A stretch of DNA of 64,000 nt from the NCBI GenBank assembly GCA_964016885.1, contig OZ024742.1:45756001-45820000 (forward strand), in the 5' to 3' direction. Shown here piece after piece: positions 38,295 to 51,499 of the stretch; the first letter of the stretch is position 1; each line of letters opens with the position of its first letter. Source of the DNA: Eledone cirrhosa (Eukaryota). Position numbers and translations under genes: made by a program. Below the pieces are notes generated by a model. It was not told where the DNA came from, searched no databases, and was given only the letters and a program-made list of their open reading frames with translations.

Positions 38295-39030
38295 GCTGAA
38301 TTTGCCGACGACATAGTTTTGGTGACAAATACAGTGAAGGAGGCAGAGGATTTGATGCGGGAGGTGGAGACTGTGTCGATGAGTGTGGGGCTGAGAATGA
38401 ATGAGACTAAAACAAATTATCTGGTAGAGAATGTTGAGAAGCCAGAGGGGATCACTAATGTAGGCGGGAAGCCACTAGAATTGGTTGAGGGCTTCCTGTA
38501 TTTGGGAGCAAAGATTGGGAATACGGAAGATGATGTGGTTGAGAGGAAGAGCAAGGCCTGGGCGGTGTGCCACAGCTTGAGATCGGTGTGGAAGTCGGAC
38601 CTTCGTAGAGACCTGAAAGTCCGCCTCTTCATTGCTGTAGTGGAGTCTGGGCTGCTGTATGGGTCTGAGACTTGGACACTGACCAAGAAACTCACTCAGA
38701 TGGTGGATGGGTGCTACACGAGAATGTTGAGGATGGTTCTGAACATTAATCAGTATACACTGAGGATGAAAAAACTCAGAGCTGTATGGGAGCATCCCAA
38801 AAGTCAGCTCAAAAGTGACACAGAGGAGATTGAGGTTAGCTGGACATGCTCACCGACATCCAGAGTTGACATTGCACTCAGTGCTCCTTTGGGAGCCCCT
38901 ACATGGACAAACTAGAAGAGGAAGACCAAGGTTAACGTATGTTGATGCCCTAAGGACAGACACTGGTCTGTTGGAGACAGAGACCGCTGGAGAGAACTCG
39001 TCCATGGATCTCGGGAATTTTACCCGCCTT

Positions 39031-39032
<2 letters not shown>
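38295..39032 (+). mobile_element. RTE-like LINE fragment from a distinct family, between (TA)n tracts
   Basis: EFADD, GLRMNETKT, FLYLG, LLYGSETW, LAGHAHR, RGRPRLTY. Confidence 0.88.
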
Positions 39033-39066
<34 letters not shown>

Positions 39067-39067
39067 T

Positions 39068-39590
39068 GATGGTATTTACGGAGTAGGTAGACCCAGAAAA
39101 ACCTGGGACGATCTGATAAATTCCGACCTTACACACTTGCACCTCTCTAAGACAATGTCACTGGACCAAGATCTTTAGCGCTACGCAGTAATACAGAAGA
39201 CCCGCCTTGCCTATGTACAAAGCGAAACCTACAGTCAGTAGGCACCTCTTAACCAAATATACACCCCAATCCACTACCCCTACCCTATCCTTCCACTCCC
39301 ACCAACAGCACGAGATAATGAGATCGAGATCGTGTAGGTGTCACGAGAAAAAAAACACAGTCCACGCTGTAATGTGGCCGTGTAGGTAACACGGTAAAAA
39401 GTTCCCAGTTCCACACTGTAAATGTGGTTGGTGTTAGGAAGGGGATCCTGCCATAGAAAACCCGCCAGATAGTCCTATATGAGCGAGACACGGTCACCTG
39501 ACCAACCTTGCCTCAAGTGGGACAACTCCCGTCTAACCCATGCTAGTGTGGAAAATGGACGTTAAACGAAGATGATGATGATGATGATGA
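39068..39590 (+). mobile_element. RTE 3' end
   Basis: GVGRPRKTWDDLINSDL, 3' UTR and (GAT)n. Confidence 0.88.
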
Positions 39591-39613
39591 TATATTTATT
39601 TATTTATTTTATT

Positions 39614-39726
39614 ATGGAAATGACTTCCACAGGACTAGAACTGTTTCATTCATAAGAAATTATTGGGACTTTTCTGATGATTCCTTATGGATGAAACAGC
39701 TCTAGCCTGGTGGAAGTCATTTCCAT
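39614..39726. repeat. Fold-back repeat carrying a degenerate hammerhead core
   Basis: Inverted arms; + arm reads CTGATGA(39674)-ttcc(ttat)ggat-GAAAC-agct-CTA; stems I and III are imperfect. Confidence 0.6.
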
Positions 39727-39980
39727 CATAAAATGAATATACCGATACTCTACTAACGTATTGAGTACCTGCTTTGACAGTGATTGTCTCCTGATTTATA
39801 TCAGGATCCTACAGATGCTCTTGTCTGGTACTACTGTGTTGTTCATTTGGTATTCTCCTGTCCAGCATACGATGTACATGACCGAGCCAGCACATGGTGG
39901 GTATCTTGGTATTAATGACCTGGTCGGTTCACTTGATATCCAGAATGTGTCTCATTCTACGTTTTTATGTTCTTCCCCCC

Positions 39981-40039
<59 letters not shown>

Positions 40040-40185
40040 AATGAGGTTGGTGTTAGGAAGGGCATCCAGCTGTAGAAATCAAGCCAGAATCACTTCCCGT
40101 ATGACAAGGTCAGCCGACCGGACACTGCCCACAAAAGGACAACCCATCTAACCCATGCTAGCGTGGAAGAACGGACGTAAAACGG

Positions 40186-40216
<31 letters not shown>

Positions 40217-40296
40217 ATATATATATAATCAAGGTTTAACAAATAAGAAAAAGTTTCAAAATAAATTTCAAAAAAGTCACTGTACTTACTATAGTT

Positions 40297-40383
40297 ACCT
40301 TTACCGAATCGGTTTCGAGTCTCAAAAATAAATGGATAGTCCTTGCGGGCTTCCATTGAAAAGATAAACTCTCGTCAGAAGGT
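40297..40383 (-). ncRNA. Type I hammerhead ribozyme in a TA-flanked solo element (40228-40562)
   Basis: Minus strand: acctt-CTGACGA-gagt...actc-GAAA-CCG(att)CGGTA-aaggt; GUA cleavage site. Confidence 0.87.
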
Positions 40384-41051
40384 TCTTTTCACTCGGAGAG
40401 TATAAAATTCCCGAGTTCAAATTACGAACTGGCGCTATTCAAAATTGTTCCTGAGATGAGAATGAATGATGTGGAAGCAATTCTGTCCAGTGCCGTGTGC
40501 AAAGATAGAAGGCAGAGGCAGGGAGGTCAATCTACTACCACTATAAATAGCCGTAGTCAATTTATATATATATATATACATATATATAGGTAGGGGGAGG
40601 CGAAATGGACCTAAAATGATGATGATGATGATGATATGCATACATATACTTACATACATCCCCACCTACATATAACAGAAATGTAGATTAGCTACATAAC
40701 TATGTATGTATTGTTTGTGTTTCTCTGACTACATATGAATGTGTATGTGCATGTATGTATGCATATGTGTGTATATGTATGCATATGTATGTATATGTAT
40801 GTGTATGTGTGAATGTGCATGTGTGTACATATGTGTGAATGTGCATGTGTGTACATGTGTGCATGTGTGCATGACAGACAGCTTTCTAAATTGTTATTTA
40901 CCAAATTCTCTTTATGGTTTATCTAGCCAACTTCAACTTATGTAAACTAAATAATTATTCAGTTTCTCTGTGTAAATGGCAGAAGTCATTTTCCAGCATG
41001 AATACCAACTGACTAAAGGAAATATGTCAGAATTAAATCACAGAGAATTAA

Positions 41052-41491
41052 CCCTTTAGCATTTAAACCGGCCATATCCGGCCAGAATTCTCTCACCCCT
41101 TTCTGTTCAAACCAGCTGTAACTATCTCCTCATACTCTTCTTCTTATCATATCCACAAAAGTATTGGCTACAAAGCTTGGCTAGATGTGGTTCCACCACA
41201 GCTGAACACATTGATGTCCTTTCTCATTAAAAAACTCTGTCAAGTCCAATGTTGTGCAGGGGTGTTCTATCAGAGGGAATATTAGGAGGTGCTGCGTAGT
41301 CTGCGGTTCGATGCTGCAGTCACACACAACATCCTCATCCTTTAAATGACCCCATTTTGCCATGGTATTGTTCTCAAAATAAATAATATCAAAATCTCGT
41401 AGATTTGATATTATGTGAGATAATTATGTGAGGTTAAGCCTTTACCTTGAAAATACAATAGTAAATATATAGTAATGTGAATGCTAAAGGG
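41052..41491. mobile_element. piggyBac-like MITE with a nested LINE 3' fragment (~41137-41362, -)
   Basis: TTAA-CCCTTTAGCATT...AATGCTAAAGGG-TTAA; the insert encodes CDC..QTTQHLL and ends in (AAG)n. Confidence 0.85.
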
Positions 41492-42145
41492 TTAAGCCAC
41501 ATGTAACTGAGAAGAAAGGATATTTCCTCCAACACTGACTTTGTTTTTCACCCATCTAGCAACAATAAATACCAAATTGTGTTTACATTTGTGTCTGTGT
41601 TTGTGTTTATGCTCTGTAAGTTATGTATGTAACTCCTGATAGAGTTGCAGCATTTACATACAGCATTTCTTGGGAATTTTTTAAAAAGCCAGATGGAGCC
41701 TATCCCTCTCCAAGCCCCTGTAAGTTAGCATTTGACAAAGAAGATATCAATAGCATAAGTACCAGACTTGAAAGAAGTAAGTACTGGGGTTGATATGATC
41801 GACTAAATGAAAGTGGTGTCCAGCATGGCCACAGTCAAATGACTGAAACCAGGCAAAGAGTAAAAGAATAACAGACAGAATATATTCAATTATTTCCCTC
41901 CTCCTCATCATCACATCTCACCACCATCACTACAACCAATTTTCACACTGAAGCGTATAAATTATAACTATACCAACATTAAATTTATCTTAAGAGTTTC
42001 TAATATACACTGTGTTCTGCATAAGTATTATCCCCCACTCTCTCTCTCTATATATATAAGTGTGTGTGTGTGTTTGTGTGCAGGATATCTGTATAAAAAG
42101 CCAAAGAAAACAATGCTCAATCTACTACAAGAGAGCTTATTTGAT

Positions 42146-42781
42146 ATAATTAAAATTTGATACACTTAACCCTTTAATGTTCAAACCGGGCAAAACCGGA
42201 CAGAATTCTCTACCTTTTTCTGTTGAAACTGGCTGTAACTGGTCACTCAAACTGATGTTAAGGTATTGTTCTCAAAATAAATACTTTCAAAATCTCATAA
42301 ATTCGATATTATGTGAGATAATTATGCGAGGTAAAGCTTTTACCATGAAAATATAATAGTATATATAGAGTAATGTGAATGCTAAAGGGTTAACATATAT
42401 GCACGACCTTAGGTTTCAAGGTTCAGTTATGGCCACCACTGTATTGGGGAAGAGCTGTTCTAATACTGGCCTCTCATTGGCTTGTATTAGAATTAGGGCG
42501 GTGGATTGGCAGTATCGGTAGTGGGTCGGATGCCATGCTTTGCAGCATAGAGTTATGCCCCTTTACGGTCTGAGTTCAAATCTCGCCAAGGTTAACTTTG
42601 CCATTCATCCTTACGGGGTGGATAAAATAAAGTACCAGTAATGCACGGGAATAATTGCTGGCCTTATGCCAAAAGTAGAAACAATTATTAGAACAGCTCC
42701 TTCCCTATATGGTGGTGGCCATAACTGGACCACACAACCTAAGGTGGCGTATACATGTTAAGCGTATGAAAATTTAATTAT
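42146..42781. mobile_element. Fold-back MITE containing a piggyBac-like MITE (42170-42389) and a SINE (42495-42690)
   Basis: Arms 42146-42165 plus 42394-42465 mirror 42687-42781; TTAA duplication around the inner MITE; 'tattagaa' duplication around the SINE. Confidence 0.75.
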
Positions 42782-43403
42782 AATATATATATATCTATAT
42801 ACACACATGCATACATACATACACATATTAGAACTAGAACACAGACATTCAAACATATATACATACACACCAACATACTGACTTATTCCTGACATATTTA
42901 TCTTTGCATTTGTTTCTTTCTTTCACACGCATGCACTAACTAACTTTCATAGAATAAACACATTATTATATAAAAAGACAGAACAAACATACCACCATAC
43001 ATCAACTTACACATACATGTAGTATAGAAATATAGACAGACACAATTGGTGTAGTATAAGATTTCAAGTAATTCATCATGGTTAGCTCCACTTAAACGAG
43101 GGAATATAACTTATAGAAAGAGCTAAATGCCATTTCATTTATTGTATTATTCAAATCTAAATTTGTTGTTTGGGATATTCTAGTTACTTCTCAGACATAT
43201 CATCAATAAATATCTTCTAGGTGTGTGTGGTTTGGGACAATTCTGATTTCAATAGAGAAAGGTTGGACACCATATCATAGTAGCAACCATATGGTGACCT
43301 ACTAGACAGAGACGGGATAGGTCTAACACAAAAACATTATATGCTGCTATGTGATTGATCAACTTATTAGAAATAGCAACCTAATTTCTATAAAATTTCA
43401 CTT

Positions 43404-43893
43404 TTAATCCTTTCATCACCATATTTCTAATGGAAGATACTGCATATGATTTTCTAATAATTAAAAAAAAATGATTAAGAATTCGGAGGGATTTAATAAT
43501 ATAACTAACTTTCTCATTATTGAGTTAGGTTTTGGAGCAAAGCTTAAAGTTTCTTATATAGATAAATATATCACCATCATCATCACCTTTTTTACATCTG
43601 TTTTTCCATGCTTGCATGGGTTGGATGAGTCCTTCGCAGTACAACATCTCTCCACTTGCTATGTTTCTTTGTCATCTCCTCTGTGAGTCTCAGCTATTTG
43701 AGGTAAGTTCTCACCACCTCTGCCCAGGTCTTTCCTGGTCTACCTCTACTGTGACAGGCATTTCCTGACACTTCTTCACCCATCGAATCATCCATGTGTA
43801 TCACATGTCCATACCAATGCAGTCTTCTTTCCTCACACCATCTTGGATTCAGAATCAAGGACAGTTACAGGTGGTTTGGTATCAAAAGGGTTT
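43404..43893. mobile_element. Second TTAA-type MITE family with a nested RTE 3' fragment (43570-43842, -); sister copy at 45505-45761
   Basis: Shared 'ataactaactttctcattatt' and terminal 'tttggtatcaaaagggtt(t)aa' / 'tttggtatcagaagtgttaa'. Confidence 0.6.
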
Positions 43894-44047
43894 AAAAAGG
43901 AAACGTTACAAAATATAGCCATATATATACATCAAGAGGAGATGGTTGTAGCTGGAATACCCATGATAATAGTTTTGCCTGTTCAAGGTTTACTCGGGGC
44001 TAAACACTATCAGCTCTTGTTACTTTTTTACATATGGTACACATTAC

Positions 44048-44233
44048 AATAGAAAACACTGGACACAATACCCAGAGAAAACTGGAGACAATATTTCGAG
44101 ACAACTGGATATAATATCTAAAGATATCTGGACATAATATCTTGAGAAAACAGAAGATAATATCTAGAGAAAACTGGTCATATCTTGAGAAAACTGGATG
44201 TATAATTTCGAGAAAACTGAACATAATATCTAA

Positions 44234-44238
<5 letters not shown>
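44048..44238. repeat. ~21-22-bp minisatellite (agaaaactggacataatatct)
   Basis: About 9 degenerate copies. Confidence 0.8.
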
Positions 44239-44317
<79 letters not shown>

Positions 44318-44847
44318 ATCATGTGAAACCTCACAGAAACAATGAACACATCCTGCTGTTACCATTTGCTAAAGATGAAACATTTCATGTTTTAAAATTG
44401 CTTTTCAGGTTAATTGTGAGATAGCAAACATTAGGGAAAACAGGCAAAAGTAAAAGGGATTGTAATCTATTTGAACAAAAGAAGATCATAATGAAACTGC
44501 TTTCATTTGGATTCCATCTAATATCTTTATTAACAATACAACTACTTTATCACAACTGTAAGACCAGTATTTGATAAAAAGTATGAAAAAAATTTGCTAT
44601 TGAGATGACAGAAAATAGACAAAAGATTTGTGTAGTAGTTGTTTAGCCTGAGGTTAAACCTGGATGAACAGGCAGACATATGATCAAAGACGTTTCAACT
44701 GAAACCATACCATCTTTTGAAGCTCATGTAAGGCTACAGTGTCCTGTCTAACAAAAGACAATATGGTAAGATTTAATGGAAATTTAGCTTCTATTTCATG
44801 CAGACCAACCAACTACATAAACATTATAAGTATTGAATATAGAAAAA

Positions 44848-45098
44848 GGAGGAGATGTGACAGGTAAGATAGATTGTACTAAACACCTGGCTGGAGAAGG
44901 TGGAAATGGGACAGGTAAGATAGATTGTATTAAACACCTGACTGGAGAAGGTGGAAATGTGACAGGTATGATAGAAGACTTGACTAAACACCTGGCTGGA
45001 GAAGGTGGAGATGGGACAGGTAAGATAGATTGGGCTAAACATCTGACTGGAGAAGGTAGAGATGGGACAGGTATGATTAGAATGTTGGACTAAACACT
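44848..45098. repeat. 51-bp minisatellite, about 5 copies
   Basis: gacaggtaagatagattgtactaaacacctggctggagaaggtggaaatgg. Confidence 0.88.
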
Positions 45099-45261
45099 TC
45101 ACAGAAATCACTTGCAGGCCTCTATGTTCAAGAGTTGAAATCATACGAAAGTCAACTTGCCAACCAACTAAGAAGCAAAAATGGTGCAGTACTAAACTAA
45201 ATGCATTAGAATGGTTTAAGCCAACAAATCTCATAAGTTTGATAGTATAGCTGATATATAC

Positions 45262-45512
45262 TCCAGTGTATTACAACATATTGTTATATTTTAACATCTA
45301 GGTCAAATCTGCTGTTAACACTTCCAGTGTATTACAACATTTTGTGTTATATTTTAACATCTAGGTCAAATCTGCTGTTAACACTTCCAGTGTATTACAA
45401 CATTTTGTGTTATATTTTAATATCTAGGTCAAATCTGCTGTTAACACTTCCAGTGTATTACAAAGTTTCATGTTATATTTTAATATGTAGGTCAAATCTG
45501 CAGTTAACACTT
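45262..45512. repeat. ~62-bp tandem repeat, 4 copies
   Basis: ccagtgtattacaacattttgtgttatattttaacatctaggtcaaatctgctgttaacactt. Confidence 0.9.
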
Positions 45513-46314
45513 TTATTACCGTATTTTTAATGAAATAATGTTGTCTCTGATTTTCAAATAATTTTGAAAATAATCAAGAATTTGGAGTGATATAATATGA
45601 CTAACTTTCTTATTATTAAGTTGGTGTTTAGAACATAAGAAAGATTCTGCCATAAAATTATGAAGGAAGATTGTTTAGATAAATATAAACATGTTAAAAT
45701 TAACAGTTTTGTATTGTAAAAGCAGAGGTGATTTTAGATAGTTTGGTATCAGAAGTGTTAAAAGATAAATGGGTAACCTAAGCCAACAAATCTCTCATCT
45801 ATTTTATAGTTCAAAGCCCATGGATGGATGGGTGGATGACTACACACATAAGCACAAATACACACAGACATAGACACACACACACACACATGCACACATG
45901 CACACACATATCTACATATGTGTAATCTCAATCTTCAGAATAGGAACACTGTATCGTGGGTCATAAAATATGATGGAAAAGGTTGGAGTGAGGAAGTGCA
46001 TCTGGATGTAAAACATTGTCTTAAAACATCCCGTCCAACCCATGCCAACATGGAAAAGTGAATGTAAAAATGCTGCTGCTGATATATATGTGTATATATA
46101 TATATTTGTGAGTTTGATTCCCGGACCAGGCAATGTGTTATGTCCTTGAGCAAGACACTTTATTTCACATTGCTCCTTCTGCTTGGATTTGCAACCAGTA
46201 GACAGTATCAGCAATTGGAAAGACCAATGGAAACATTGTTTCTTCGGTCCAATTTGACGAGTTCCACCCCACTTGTTAAGCAAATGAGGCCTGGGATCTT
46301 GTTGATTGACTGTT

Positions 46315-47100
46315 ATCATCATCATCATCATCATCATCATTGTTTAACGTCCATGTTCCACGCTTGCATGGGTTTGGACGGGAGTTTTCCCACTTGAGGC
46401 AAGAGTGGTTGTCATTGCTCGCATAGGACTGTCTGGCGGGTTTTCTACAGTTGGATGCCCTTCCTAACACCAACCACATTTACAGTGTGGGACTGGGAGG
46501 TTTTTACCGTGTTGCCTACACGGCCACATTACAGCGTGGACTGTGCGTTTTTTTGTCGTGACACCTACACGATCTCATTTGTTTTGGCCTGGATGTTGTG
46601 GCACCAACATAACTTTACATTGAAAGGGGCGGTGTGGATGGGGTGGGGGTAGTGGGACGGGGGTGTATTTTGTTAGAGATGCCTACTGACTGTAGTAGGT
46701 TTTACTTTGTATTTAGGTAAGGCGGGTCTTCTCTATTACTGAGTACCGCCAAAGGTCTCGGTCCAGTGACATTGTCTTGGAGAGGTGTAAGTGTGTGAGG
46801 TCGGAATTTATCAGGTCGTCCCAGGTTTTTCTGGGTCTGCCTACTCCGTGGCTACTGTCTATTTTTATTGCCCTGCACTTTGTTATACAGCTGTCGTCTT
46901 TCATGCGCATCACGTGACCATACCCACGTAGCCTTCTCTCGAGTAAACAACATCTGATCCCTCTTATTTCTAATTTTTTCCTTAGTTCGTTTATGCTTTG
47001 CCGTTCACGTATATTACTATTACACATCCAGCGGAGCATGCAAGCTTCGTTCCTCTCTAGTCTGCGTATATCCTCTACACACAATGCCCAGGTCTCACTG
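46315..47100 (-). mobile_element. RTE 3' fragment
   Basis: ORF 46713-47084 near-identical to 8608-8979. Confidence 0.92.
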
Positions 47101-47119
47101 TATATATAAATATATATAT

Positions 47120-47786
47120 ATATATCATCATCATCATCATGATTTCATTTTATGTCCGCTTTTTCCCTGCTTGCAAGGGTGGGATGGGAACTGATTCTGG
47201 TTTGATTTCTACAGCTGGATGTCCTTCCTAACACCAACCTCATTTACAGTGAGTGCTGGGTGCTTTTTTGCCGTGGCACCTGCACGACCACTTTGCAGTG
47301 GAATGATATGGACCCCAGTCCCTATCATCTCATTTCTACAGCTGAGTAAACTGGAGCAATGTGAAATAAAGTGTCTTGCTCAAGGAAACAACACATCACC
47401 CGGTCTGAGAATTGAACTCACAACCTTTCGATTGCAAGGCCAATGCTCTAACCACTAAGCCATGTATAAATAAATATATATATATCATCATCATCATCCT
47501 CATCATCGTTTAACGTCCATCTTCCACGCTTGCATGGGTTTGGACGGGAGTTTTCCCACTTGAGGCAAGATTGGTTGTCTTGCTCGTATAGGACTGTCTG
47601 GCAGGTTTTCTACGGCTGGATGCCCTTCCTAACACCAACCACGTTTACAGTGTGGACTGGGAGGTTTTTACCGTGTTACCTACATGGCCACATTACAGCG
47701 TGGACTGTGTGTGTTTTTGTCGTGACACCTACACGACCTCATTTATTTCGGACTGGATGTTGTGGTACCAACATAACTTTACATCG

Positions 47787-47787
<1 letters not shown>
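47120..47787 (-). mobile_element. tRNA/CORE-like SINE (47140-47465) plus RTE 3' UTR (47485-47787)
   Basis: Matches the families described above. Confidence 0.85.
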
Positions 47788-48517
<730 letters not shown>

Positions 48518-48548
48518 ATATATATATATATATATGTAAATATATATA

Positions 48549-48646
48549 CAGAGTGTCCCAAACGTATGTATGCACATTCAACAGCATTCTAATAAATATT
48601 CCCTGTACAGGTAATCAAAGTGTGTATACATTTTTGGGACACCCTG
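48549..48646. mobile_element. Tc1/mariner-type MITE
   Basis: TA-CAGAGTGTCCCAAA...TTTGGGACACCCTG-TA. Confidence 0.8.
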
Positions 48647-49221
48647 TATATACATATATGAAGAAAGGGAGAGAAGTAATATTGTATATTTCTTTGTCTA
48701 ACCTCAACCTGCTTCTAGTTATTTGTTTTCAACTAATATTTATTTTATATATATTTGTTGTTATATTAGACAGGTGGAGAAGGTGTGGTGTTTGTTGTTT
48801 TACTTTAAAAAATTAATATTTGTTTAAGAAGTCAAATTTGGTTGATCACTATTGGCGTAAGTATGTCTCGAAGTATGCACTTACAGAGATTACATCTTAT
48901 CAGTAAATTCAAGTTTGTTTCATAGAAATGGGTTGGAAGGTGAAGTGTTTAAAATTGATAAGTATCAATTTATCTGGGCTTTATTTTTGTTGGGTCAGCA
49001 AGGACATCAGAGATTTTTGAAACTACTTACTCTTATTTATATTCAAGCTAACTAAAGGCAAATGATTTTAGATTTTTATAAACATATTTCTTTCTTTGTT
49101 TCTTTCTTATTTCTTTTGATACAGTCTAATGTTTAATAAAACATAACCAAGTTTTATTAAACACCTCTGAGAAAGGAGATTTGTTAAATCATGTAATTCA
49201 AATTTAAAAATCATATAAATT

Positions 49222-49478
49222 AAGATCACAGATCTGATACTATGGGCATGTGATTAGAATGTCTTAGGAAAGAATCGCTGGACAGATTTTACAGGCAAAA
49301 CCAACTGGCAGGAGACTCAGATAGACCCTGAGCAAGATGATTGGATAACATTCATGAGCTTGGCTGGTCATTCTTGGGGATCAGTTGGAGACAGTTGCTT
49401 CTGATAGGACCCGCTGGAAGGAGTGTTTGAGAACTCTTCCCCCACGACCCTCTCAGGAATAAGTGGGCGAAGAAGATA
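49222..49478 (+). mobile_element. Old RTE C-terminal fragment
   Basis: YYGHVIRM..ERIAGQILQAKPTG. Confidence 0.65.
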
Positions 49479-49902
49479 TAAATTAAGAGGAAAATAAAAA
49501 AAAAGAACAGATTGGTGCAGAAATCACTTTTCATTCTAAAACTTAATTTTTTTTAATAAAAAAAGGTTTCTTTTATAAATACTAATTTTATGCACACACG
49601 CACACACACATTATAAATTGCCATCAATTAATCTTGATGGCAATGGTGTTATACATTTTTGGGGGACACTGTGTATATATAAATCACATACACAGTATTA
49701 CATAATAGGTGGCCACTTGGTTTCCTAATCTAACAGGTAATTACATATTGCAATTTGCATCTGCCTGTAGGTGTTCATCACATCTGTATAGATTTGATGA
49801 ACATCCAAAGACAGGTGATAATCATCTATGCGATAAATGCATATTACTTCTTCCATAGAGCTTTTCCTTCACTTGTTGATCATTATTACACACATACACG
49901 CA

Positions 49903-49975
<73 letters not shown>

Positions 49976-49984
49976 TTATATATG

Positions 49985-51110
49985 TGCATCTTCCTTCGAC
50001 TGTGGTCTCTTGGCATGTCTTCATCCAATTATCATCATCATTAAGTGTTCATACCAGTGCAATCTTTTCTCTTACATACTACATCCATTTCCATTTATGC
50101 CCAGTGTTTCTCTCAGCTCATGCATGCTTTGCCAGTCATGCACATTGACATTACACATCCATTGGGCATGCTTTACTCATTTCTGAACAATCTTTGTATA
50201 TCCTCTATATTTAATGCTCATGTCTCACTACTATGCAACCTCACACTTTGCACAAAGGCATCATACAACCAGCTTTTCATTCAGTGAGAGAAACCTTGTT
50301 CTTATTCTAGCAACAATGCTATCAGAGCATGGCTATTTTTCTGATGGGGTTGGAACTCTGTCTTCTGTCCTATTTATTAGAATTTTGGATTTTACCAATT
50401 TTACTGTAATACCTCTTAATTCTAATTTCTGTTTTCCCATCGCCTAACCCATGCTAGCGTGGAAAATGGACGTTAAACGAAGATGATGATGAGGATGATG
50501 ACAACTGGAAAGTTTTTTTCAAACTCTTCCTTAGATTCAGCTATAAGAACCAAGTTGTCAGCATACAGAAATTATCATGAACATCTGGTCTTAAACTCCT
50601 CTATTATGGCTTGGAGTACTATAACAGAAGTGGGCTGAATACATATTGAATTCCTCATTAAACTCACTTTTTACTATCACTTTACTGACAGCTCTGTATA
50701 AAGCTTGCATTGCTCTCACAAGTCATTTTTCTATGCCTAGTTTTCTTAAGGATCACCAGTTGACAGATTGTAATACTTTGTCTCAGGGGTTCTCCAGATC
50801 AATGAAAACTAGATATAGACGTTTACACTTAGTGAGGATCTGTTCTTTCTCACAAAGAAAAGGACATCTGTAGTACTCCTCCATGGTACAAAACCAAACT
50901 ACATCTCATCTGGTTTGAGTCTCTCTAATTAATTGTGCTAAATCTCTTACTGCCAGCTTTATGCCTCTGTAGTTGTTCATTTCCACCTTTCTAGAATATT
51001 ATCCTTTCACTTGTAGCAAGTAATGAGTATTCTGTTAAACCAACTGTTGGGTGTGACACCATCATATGATTGACTATGTGAATGACTATGATGAATCCTA
51101 CTTCACTAGA
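49985..51110 (-). mobile_element. Highly degenerate RTE RT fragment
   Basis: Antisense similarity to the RTE copies (QFGF, LYAD, WYEH remnants). Confidence 0.7.
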
Positions 51111-51285
51111 TGTGTTTGATAATTGAAGAATATTCTTATCTCATGGTCTGTGTTTGTAGATTGAAATGGATCAGAAAAATAAACCTCTTAGGTCTCTTGA
51201 ATTTTGAGATGAGTTTGGCTCATGTTCCAACTAACCCACTAACTCACTACTTCACGTTTCATGAACTCACTAACTCACACCTTAC

Positions 51286-51492
51286 TATGTGGCTGGGGTG
51301 AAAAGTTCATAGGCTGACTACAAAGAAGTGATGGTAGAGCTGAAATCTTGCACACATAATTTAAGCTTTTCTTATTCATAACTGCATTGTATCTTTCAGA
51401 AACTGTTAAAAAATAAACCTAATTTAGTCATTCCATGGGAGTATCATGGTCAACCTATGAATTTTATAGCCTATGAACTTTCCAGCTGACTA
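51286..51492. mobile_element. Mariner-type MITE remnant
   Basis: Inverted ends gaaaagttcataggctgac / gtcaacctatgaa and gcctatgaactttcc. Confidence 0.6.
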
Positions 51493-51499
51493 TTATAAC

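Noticed and set aside
44833-45093. 17-aa repeat protein TGKIDCTKHLAGEGGNG
   Set aside because: A 51-bp minisatellite whose period is a multiple of 3; no exon evidence
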